NCBI GenBank assembly: GCA_051362555.1 | Contig: CM120640.1 | Location: 4,650,001 to 4,714,000, forward strand | Source: Lingula anatina | Lineage: Eukaryota; Animalia; Brachiopoda | DNA length: 64,000 nt | Reading direction: 5' to 3' | Shown: positions 55,328-64,000 of the stretch, one piece after another | Position numbering within the stretch: position 1 is the stretch's first letter | How the letters are laid out: each line of letters begins with the position of its first letter | Translations under genes and position numbers: made by a program | The notes under the pieces: generated by a model | Databases searched by the model: none | What the model saw: the letters and a program-made list of their open reading frames with translations, nothing else | What the model was told of the DNA's origin: nothing

Positions 55328-56496
55328 ACCTATTGTTCATGAGACTATAACCTTATATTCGTGTGTGTGAGAGAGAGAGTGTGTGTAAGAGAGAGAGTGT
55401 GCAGTGTGCATTTACCATACTTGGGTATATGTACTTTCTTATACTAAAATTTTCCAAAAAAAAAAAAAAAAAATTTAATGTGGTCAGAGCACCAGCTTCA
55501 ATACTGATATTTGCTGGATATTACACTTAAACCTCTGTTGGTTTTCTTATCTCATTTAATCACATCATCTACTTAATATTCACTGTGGAAACACAGTTAC
55601 CTGAATCAGACCAGTAGTCATCAAAGTTCTCAATGCCATCGTGGAATATTCTGATATTCTTCCCTGCTCTGACATCTCTCCCTGTTCGCCTTAGTAAGTA
55701 AATAAACAGATGATAAAGAAAAACAAATGCATTCTTGCTAAATTAAAAATATTAGATAATTTCCTGAATAATGAAAATTTCATAAATCTTCTAGTGCCAT
55801 GAAATTATAAATATAAAGTAAAACACTATTAACATGATGATGAGCATCAAAGTAACAAAACAGTATCATCCACATTAAGTATCTTAAAGTGGCTGACCAA
55901 TACTGCTGTCTCACTATTTAAAGAAGTCCGTAATCCACAAAATGTAACAAAATTTGTGATTGAGCAACTTCAAATGTAGGTCCACCATGGGTCATAGGTT
56001 TTAAATAGCACAACAGGATCATATAGAGAATCTAAAATATGGGGGGGTGTCTTTCATTTTCCTCCCCCCCCCCGCCCCCCCATGACCAAATAATATATCT
56101 GTTTCATGCCTGCAAACTTCAAAATATCATAAAACGATATAAATGAAATAACCCAATGGTCTAGTCTGTAATTTAGGAATAGCTGATAAAAGTACTTATG
56201 TATCATTATTTATCTTACCTTCCAATATTTCTGTTCTCTGGCTTGAATGGGTTCACAAAAACTGCCTGCAGTGGAATAATATACATGTGTACTTGCATCA
56301 TTAAACACTACAGACTACTCCAAGAGCGCAGACCTCTGCCTAGCAAGAAAATCCAGTCACACAGCCTGATTATTTGCCATGAAAATTTTCTATTTGAAAT
56401 GATAATTGTTTAATTGGAAGTCGCATATTCAACATAATCATTACTCTCTTGACCTAGTTGCGGTTATTTGCTTACTTGTTTTCCAGGTCCTGGCAT
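45949..56496 (-). CDS. CENPC: Centromere protein C (CENP-C/Mif2), about 1194 aa, 17 coding exons
   Basis: N-terminus NIGRRTGRDV..DGIENFDDYW (Mif2-N-like); CENP-C motif GLRRSSRTRIPPLQWYKNER (49443-49502); C-terminal cupin (VGELILRP..GKLAVTIH..LESGDVFFVPKGNCYSIKNLRDEEAKLVFFQHKG*). Exons: 56496-56476, 56265-56219, 55689-55601, 54930-54809, 54598-54318, 53857-53711, 53329-51789, 51462-51370, 50951-50772, 50349-50191, 49946-49710, 49525-49418, 49094-49002, 48737-48609, 48346-48171, 47753-47663, 46019-45949 (3585 nt). Confidence 0.9.
46327..46545 (+). mobile_element. Truncated Helentron/HINE remnant of a different family
   Basis: T-run then TATCTCAGTCAAGGAGGTAGTTTTCACC followed by a (GTTT)n microsatellite and a GGTGATCCAGATCACC hairpin, typical of HINE 5' ends; no 3' end recognised. 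Confidence 0.5.
46889..47486. mobile_element. Old hAT-like MITE remnant
   Basis: Degenerate CAG..CTG TIRs (CAGGATTCACACAG / CTGTATAAATTCTG) with subterminal TTCAAG repeats; no TSD recognisable. Confidence 0.35.
49275..49311. repeat. (CA)n microsatellite preceded by poly-A
   Basis: Read directly. Confidence 0.95.
55294..55326. repeat. (TTA)n microsatellite
   Basis: Read directly. Confidence 0.9.
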
Positions 56497-56599
56497 ATTT
56501 CTGTGATACTTCGTAAATTCCACTATGGTAAAAGTGTTAACATAACAAATTTACAAGACTTTAACAAAACTTGATCATCCATATAATTCTTTTAACTCT

Positions 56600-56950
56600 A
56601 ATGAGACCAGGTGAAATGACCGTTCCATTTATCCGCCATTTTACGCTGAGCCGCCTGTGAAATAGATGGGGCTTCCCGACCAAGAAATGCTTGATAAATG
56701 TGACGGTTGCTTGCTAATTACTTAAACAGAATCATTGGCAAATTTCTTTATAAATACTTTTGATTTTTTCTTCTGAATCGGTCTGTGTAAATAAGATTGC
56801 AATACTACCACTAATCAAGGATGAGAATTCATATTGGGGCCTCTTGTAATGTAGCCTCCCCTATCGGGAAATTAATAGATCTGAAACTGGAGGGAGAAAC
56901 GAATGGCACTGAGCTAATCGTAATTCCTAGTGGAAATTTTTAAGGTTAGG
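56600..56950. promoter_or_regulatory. Putative bidirectional promoter of CENP-C and HAUS3
   Basis: CpG-enriched patch with YY1-like CCGCCATTTT (about 56633-56642) upstream of the CENP-C ATG. The HAUS3 ATG exon begins at an acceptor (59289), and a candidate + strand donor AAG|GTTAGG lies at about 56944. Confidence 0.45.
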
Positions 56951-57303
56951 TTAAATCAATAACTTGTAAGACTTTAAGACAACTTAACTTTGAAAAAATA
57001 TTAATCCAGATTAGTCTTTATAGATGCGGGAAATATAAAACTATTGACAAAATCCACAGCAAGTTCTACCGCCGTCCGAATTCAATATCTCCAGTACTAC
57101 CACAGTAGCCAACTTCCAAATTTTATTTCATTTTTAAAATGTTGATAAATAGAAATTGCCTATATATTCAAGTAGAGTAGTTGGATTGTACAAAACCTTT
57201 TATTAACTGTTGCAATTATTAAATTTATTTTATAAAATTAAATGGCAATGAATTAAAAATTTTAATGGATGTTTGAGTCCTATGTAAAAGTACTTTAAGA
57301 GGC

Positions 57304-57598
57304 CAGAATGAGAAGAGCGGAGTGCTAGCTAGGCCAAGACCTAAATATGGCGGACCTACATGAAAGGAAGACTGCTTAATCTTGTTGTGGTCTATCTGCC
57401 TTTCACATGGCTCCCCACGGGTCGTCCCTCTACCAGTTTAATTGAGCCAAGATTTAATTGCTGTGCCCCTGCAGGGACGACACGTGGCGAAGCGTATGAG
57501 AGGCGAAGAGACCATTACAGGATTAAGCAGTCTTCCTTTCATGTAGGTCCGCCCTATTTAGGTTGTGGCCTGGCTAGCACTTGGCTCTTCTTATTCTG
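57304..57598. mobile_element. Fold-back (palindromic) MITE-like element, about 300 bp
   Basis: Arms of about 120 bp are reverse complements (e.g. GGCGGACCTACATGAAAGGAAGACTGCTTAATC / GATTAAGCAGTCTTCCTTTCATGTAGGTCCGCC); TSD not clear. Confidence 0.7.
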
Positions 57599-57950
57599 AA
57601 TGGCTATAAAGTGACTGCCCATTAAATTTTAAAGGTATTCAGTGCCCATGGTGAATAAGACCTTTTTTCATCGAACTGTGGTTGTGGCTACATGATTGAA
57701 TTTGTGATCTTTGAACACAGTACTGATTTTGAGAGCTCATCTCTACTGCATGCAAGTGTTACAATGAATCTCTGAAGAGTGATACCATTATACACATTAC
57801 AGCACAACATAGCGCACAAGAAAAAATGACTCTGAATGCGAATAAACACAAGGAGCAATTATTTGCAAATTGCAAGAAAATAGGGTGATATAAAAGTGAA
57901 ATGAATCATTAGGTAATTAATATAATATGTTGATCCAACTTGGCAGATCT

Positions 57951-58125
57951 GGGGCTGTGTTATCGTAAAGGTTGTAAATTACAAATAATGTAACTTGTCA
58001 CGTCAGTGGGATCGTTTTTGTAAATTGGTATTTTCGAAGGTTTGTAAGTTACAAACTCTTGTAAAAAAGCATGTTAATTTACAACTGCCTCCAAACTGTT
58101 GTAACTCGTTACGAAAAGTTGCATT
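57951..58125. mobile_element. Probable Harbinger-type MITE end fragment
   Basis: Begins GGGGCTGTGTTATCGTAAAGG and is followed by repeated TTGTAA.TTACAA palindromic motifs; matching end not found. Confidence 0.35.
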
Positions 58126-59293
58126 TGGTGAAAACTTGCAGAGAGAGTGTCGTCTGCGGAAATTCTATGCTCATGTTTATTGTTGGATATTTTTGACAGC
58201 AAGTTAAAATTACTAAACCATGGATCTTTAATTATCAGCAAGAAAGGTTAGCCTACACTACATAGACATTGCAAATATAATTACTAAATGACATAGTGCA
58301 TTTAGAAAAAGTGACATCTTGAGAAAAAAATTGTTTGTGAAAGAAGCCTGCTTTATGCAATTCTTGATTTCCTTTCTGTGCTGAATAACATGGTTTAATT
58401 CATAGAACAATTATGAATAGATCTAGATCTTTAAATTTGTTAATTTTGTTATAGCAACAGCTAACAGAGACTCTTGTTTCAGGATGCCAGAATAATTTGT
58501 GATGAAATGTAAATTGCATATAAGCACATTTAGGTAAACAAGCTGAATGTAATTTAGACTTTAATCCTTTATCCAAGTAATTATATTAGCAATTTCTGTA
58601 TGGTGCCAGACGGGGGGAATGTGTGTAAAATCATAATTTTTTATTCATAAAATAAAGAAATTGCTCAGTCAAATGATAACAGACAGTGGTCCAGCTGAGT
58701 ACAGGGATAAAACATATTTGTAAAAAATACACCACAAATCGAAATAAAATGTAGAATTCTGAATGGTACATGAATCACAATTGCACATTGATGGAAATAA
58801 AACAACACAGACTAATGGATCTGTGGATAGAGGGTTATGTGCTTCCAACTAGTAATTTTTCATACAATTTGCTATGCTGTATTTAAACTCAGAAAATGAT
58901 GACGTTTTCCCATCTGCATGTTTTTAGAAAGGTAATATGCAACTTAAAATACAATTTTTCATACATGTGCAAAGTGATTAAGTGCCCAATCTAAGTCAAG
59001 CATCTTTAGTTTAAGAGGGCACTGGAAACTATCCTCTTTGCTATCAGTTTTAAGAGATCTTTTAAGAAGTCAGAATTTAACATGTTTTTGCAATATATTT
59101 TTTCCTTCCAATAGTTCTAAAACTACAAAGAATACTTGTTTGAGTTTCATTTTCTGTTACAAAGTCCAAATTATTTACATTAAATTACTACACAGTATAA
59201 ATATTGCTGTGAAATTGTTTTTTGTATTTTCATCTTTGTATACATCCAAGTTCCATCTATAAACATTTTTCATGCTTATATATTTTAGACACC

Positions 59294-62200
59294 ATGAACG
59301 GTAACCAGTTTCTGACAACTTTGAAGAAGTTGGGTTATCCACAAGCCAGTAATTTAGATGCCCAAACATTTGATTGGATATTTGAAAATGATGCAGTCTT
59401 ACCATTTTTAGAATGGTTTTGTGACCATGCCCATGCACTGAATGTTTTACAGGATAGAGAACTAAGAGAGTAAGTGCTTTGGGTACCTTGCATTTGACAC
59501 ATACAGGCAGAACTCATCAAACTTATTATACCTCCTTCTGCCTCTTTGGTTATACCTTGGTTCCACCAGTAAATACTAATTATAAATAATACATGTACAT
59601 GTATGACAGAGTGGCCCTAACTTTTTCTGTTACTTAATAGTTGAATAATATATGAACTTGTAATGAAATTCTGTTGCACATAAATGTATGTTTCAGATAC
59701 AGATCTCTAGAGGAATCCACTGGAGTGCTGGAAGGTCCACAGTTACAAGATGCATTGAACAGCATTGAAGGAGCCGAGGATGACATTCCAGTTGCTGAAT
59801 TGAGGTTAGGTGTTTTCTTGATAAGAAGGTCAAATTTTGAATAGATATTGTTACAATGTGTACATTCTGATCCTCTGCGTCTGACCATGTTGCCACCTGT
59901 TTGCCCCTCAAATGATAAATAGTAGTTTTGTTTTACCTGAAATTTACAGGAAGTTTTTAGTTTCCTAAATAATTCAATATAGTTTAGGATTTATAATTTA
60001 CATAGATAATTTTTACTGAAGCTATCTCATTTTTTAAAAAATTATTTTTATATATACTTGAATAATATTTGTCCCATTTTTTATGATTTAAGTTAATTTC
60101 AAGAAATACATTGTTTTCTTAAATAGCTAATTGCTTAGTGTAATTTATCTGTACATTTGTGATGGTATGTTTTCTTTCATAGCTAATTGCTTAGTGTAAT
60201 TTATTTGTACATTTGTGATGGTATATTATAGAGAGCATGTAAACTCTATGAAGATGGAGCTAGATTTATGGAGGGGAAGAAAGGAAAGTATACTGAGGCA
60301 GAGAAACAAGCTAAGGTGAGGGGAAATTTGTCATCAAGGACCATGGGCATGCCATGAATTTAATGCTTGTGTTTAATGTTTTATGAATAAGGAAACATAC
60401 AAAAAAACTTCATATTTGAAACGGAATAAAGGAATGTACTATCTTACCTTTTAGTTTACATAACACTTCTGTCAACCACAAGCTATCAAAGCTGGGACCC
60501 ATGGAAACTGTTGCCAATAAAGACTACAAGAGATGCCTTGAACAGAGCCAGGCTGACAATTCAAAGGTACAGCATTGTAATAGTGTACTTTTTATGATTA
60601 TAGTACTTAACATAAGTGCTCTTAGACAAATATTTGGTCATGTTTCCTAGCTCTTGGGTGAAGATGGCATGATGGCATTGCACAGTTCCTATACAGGCAG
60701 TGTTCAGTGGACTTGTGGTGATCATGATAATGCGTGAACCTGTTGTTGGTCTCTTTCCCTTCCACATTTGGTGGTTTTAGGAGGCATAACAATGGTGAGG
60801 TGTTTAAAACGCAGGACGTTCAAGATACGTCCTTGTTAAAATTTACTGAAATTAACTTGCATGAATTTGTAGTTGTGTTTTCTCATTCTGCCACCCTGAG
60901 CTTCAGAGATAACTTGACACTTATAACCTCTTCACTATAGACTATCTTCATCGTGTCAAGTTACCTCTGACCACATTCGATTGCCCCCGCCGCCTGCCAA
61001 TCAAATTTAAAGCCCGCACTCAATGACTCATTGAGCGATCTAGCCAATGAACGCGAACGAATCAAAGCGCGCTTTGTTCAAATCCGGACCAATCAAAGAT
61101 AAGGCTGAATATCAGGGACTTGCCGTAACCTGTGGGCAGCACGCAAAATACATCATCCCTCAGTAGATAATGATGCAGGGCATCAAACTGCTCTGGTTTC
61201 AATTCCGATATACTCCATGCTTTCTTTGTGTACGGTTATGCATTCGGAACTACTCGGATGTCTCCGCACTCGACAATAACTATGTTGTTAGTATGGAGCT
61301 TGCGGAATCAGCCGAGGATTGCTGATTGACGGTCAACCAATCAGCGTTTTCACCAAACTTTAGTGAAACATTTTGAAACATGGATTCGATTGGCTTATAT
61401 AAACTAGGTCAAACTATTTTCGTCAGAGGTAACTTGACACGATGAAGATAGGCTATAGTGAAGAGGTTAGTGTCAAGTTATCTCTGAAGCTCAGGGTGCA
61501 TTCTGCTCACATGGGTGCCAAATACTGAGGCTGCATCAACAACGTTTGATCAAGGAAGCAGAACTGAAGGCACATGGCAACTGCACCGAGACTGAAAGAG
61601 TTTCATATGATCACTTTTCAACAATCAAAATGATATTTTTCTACCTGACCTCATGGTCACATCCCAGAAATGACACAATGCACCCACACATAATGTTAAC
61701 GTATTGCCTTAGCCTGTTACCACAGCCCACTCACTGTCCAAAAAGTCATACGGAAAATCGTGTAATATTTCATTGCTCACACCCATGGCAAATATAATCC
61801 AGGCTTATATAACTTTACACTTATGTTGGTAGTGTGGAAGTTCCCAGATTACCCCTTTTCTTTTTCTAATTGAATATGTGTAATAGGATTAACTGTTTTA
61901 CAGCAGCTTATTCTAGGAAGAGAAATATATCGGTATTTGCCTGCTGTTTTAAGGTTAAGACATTTGAGCATTTGATGCTGTGCAAATGACTATAAAAGTA
62001 ACAGTGTTGGCATTAAGGTTAGTCTAATATGTGAAAAATTAGTCCAGTGTGAATCTTTTTGAATAATAGATCTTATAGTTCTGACACTTGAAACCACTGT
62101 ACCTACCCCAATCCTGATTTAAATCTTTTGTTTGTAAGAGACTTAAGATATTCAAGATTAAAAAGATTAATTTTTCTGATTTCAGTTTATCTGAAATTAT

Positions 62201-62468
62201 TTCTAATACAGCTCGTCTCATTTCATTTTATTTCATTCAATTATTTTCTTGAATCTGATTTCAGGTTAATGCAGTGTATGAAAACATAACAGAAGCGGTT
62301 TCTAAACTCAGCAGTTTCTATGGTGCTGCTGGAGGAGAGGGTAATGAGAGCAGAGATATGCAGCAGGCGGCCACCTTCCTGTCACAGATGTCCCTAGAAG
62401 ACCATCAGCAGGCTGAGGAGTGCTTTACACAGGAACTGACCACTTTCACCAAAAAGCAGTTCTTTCAA
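59294..62468 (+). CDS. HAUS3: HAUS augmin-like complex subunit 3, first five coding exons (continues beyond the window)
   Basis: Exons 59294-59469 (MNGNQFLTTLKKLGYPQASNLDAQTFDWIFENDAVLPFLEWFC..NVL), 59697-59804 (VLEGPQLQDAL), 60232-60315, 60455-60566, 62265-62468 (FLSQMSLED..EECFTQELTTFTKKQFFQ). Matches the HAUS3 N-terminal domain. Confidence 0.92.
60123..60225 (+). repeat. 57-bp-period tandem duplication just upstream of HAUS3 coding exon 3
   Basis: ATAGCTAATTGCTTAGTGTAATTTAT.TGTACATTTGTGATGGTAT occurs twice. Confidence 0.85.
60892..61498 (-). mobile_element. Long-TIR non-autonomous DNA transposon with a RecQ helicase fragment (AcademH-like)
   Basis: About 80-bp TIRs (60892-60971 / 61422-61498) with CA..TG termini; 8-bp TSD CATTCTGC (60884-60891, 61499-61506); minus-strand 61202-61107 translates LKPEQFDALHHYLLRDDVFCVLPTGYGKSLIF. 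Confidence 0.8.
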
Positions 62469-63150
62469 GTAATCCACTTCTCTTATTTTAGATTACCATT
62501 CCCTTTGTTTTATTATCAAAAAGTATAAATAGTTTGGTTACTTTATGTTCTTTTTATTGCACCAAATTGTGTAAGCTCAGGGTACATGTATCTTGCTTTT
62601 GTCCCTGTATTGATATCATTTAATGCTAGTTGTCGGAAACAAATCATAGATGCCACTTTTCCTCATTAAAAATGGAGATTTGGTCTTCGTTGAAATATGA
62701 AGAGAAATCCAAGCCCATTGCTGATGGTTGTGCCCTTTTTTTGTTAATTCAAAAAAGACTAATTGCACAGCATAATGTTTAACTTATCATCTGTAATATT
62801 TTTTGACTAACCTAAGATGAAAAAGGAGGGCAGACACTTCTAATTTTCGAAATGATGAATACGGGGTTGCTTTTTTGATAAACTTCAGTTGTCTTTGTTC
62901 TGTCAATAGCCTCATTTGCACATGTGTCAAAACATTATATCTCAAAAGTGAAAAATTCTTATAACTCTGTTTTGAAATTCAAAATTTGTGATAAGTATGA
63001 CAGAGTGGCACCAGCCATGTGGAGATGCTAAGCCTAAAATCAATTTCGTATCTATGTTAACATTAATGACCTCATGAAATTCAGCAAACTGACTTTTACA
63101 GAATTTCAAAATCTAACATTAAAAAAAAAACAATGGCTCTAATTGCTAAT

Positions 63151-63772
63151 TATTGAACTTGTTACTCCCTGCCATCACAGAACAACTCCATGATTAACAC
63201 TGAACTTCCACAAGTACATTTTATTAGTTCTTTAATGAGTATTTTGTGTGTATTACCCAGCTTCTGGTACATACCCAGGAGGCAGTATTGTCTCCCTGAT
63301 GCGCTAGGATGTGTCACCTTAGTTTGAGGTTGCTTTAAACCAGATCTAACAATGCCCAGTGAAAATTGGTCATCCTGGCAATTAAAAAACATTTACTAAG
63401 TCTGATTCCTCATTTATGAACCTGTTACTCCCTACGGTCACAGATCAACTACATGATTAACACTGAACTTCCACAAGTGCATTTTATTAGTTCATTAACG
63501 AGCCATTTGTGTGCTTCACCCAGCTTATGGTACATACCCAAGAGGCAGTATTGTCTCCCTGATATGTGTGCTGATACGTATGGGTCAGATTGGCTTGAGG
63601 TTGGTTTAAACCAGATCTAACTGCTCAGTGAAAATTGGTCATCCTTGCAATTAACATTGAACTTCCAAAAGGACATATTGTTAATTCATTAACGAGCTTT
63701 TCATGTGCCTCATCCAACTTTAGGCACATACACAAGAGACAGTAACACCTCCCTATTGCTCTAAGATGTGTC
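63151..63772. repeat. Diverged ~260-bp tandem repeat (two full units and one partial) in a HAUS3 intron
   Basis: TGTTACTCCCT..CATGATTAACACTGAACTTCCACAAGT..GAGGCAGTATTGTCTCCCTGAT..AAACCAGATCTAAC..CAGTGAAAATTGGTCATCC at about 63160 and 63422; third partial unit from about 63650. Confidence 0.8.
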
Positions 63773-63778
63773 ATGTTA

Positions 63779-64000
63779 GACCCAATTTCCATAGATTTTA
63801 GATTGATCTATCCCTGTGGGGAGTCTCACTAGATTACTGTCAGCTTAGCTGGCTTAAGCGTCTGTCCCGCCTACTGAAAGCTGTAAGGGGGTAATTAACT
63901 ATGGTGCGCGCTCGGCTGACTGCAATTTAGCGTGAACCCCAAGGGAGTTAGGTCGATCTAAATCTTAATCCCTGGATCGATCTAAATCTCTGGGAATACA
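63779..64000 (-). mobile_element. Second copy of the Harbinger/Tourist MITE (cut by the window end)
   Basis: Reverse complement of 15010-15233 with few mismatches; preceded by TTA (63776-63778). Confidence 0.85.

Overview
Gene-dense, AT-rich, intron-rich animal genomic DNA. An invertebrate, probably a mollusc or other lophotrochozoan, is inferred from protein similarity and repeat types. Seven spliced housekeeping genes were reconstructed by eye: RPS7 (+, 5' part outside the window), PEX13 (-), GPLD1 (+), an NCOA6-like coactivator (-), EIF2S1/eIF2-alpha (-), CENP-C (-) and HAUS3 (+, 3' part outside the window). The introns carry a varied set of non-autonomous DNA transposons. Two copies of a Helentron/HINE-type element carry a 146-bp satellite with a perfect DR1 nuclear-receptor site per monomer; one copy has a 4-mer higher-order repeat and a nested IS3EU-like MITE. 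Others are a TTAA-flanked Kolobok-like element with an intact THAP-only ORF, a hAT-like element with a 6-bp TSD and a decayed zinc finger, two copies of a Harbinger/Tourist MITE, and a long-TIR element with an 8-bp TSD hiding a RecQ-helicase Walker-A fragment (AcademH-like) that the ORF track misses. No rRNA, tRNA, CRISPR or convincing snoRNA was seen. Exon coordinates and family assignments are manual and need computational confirmation.
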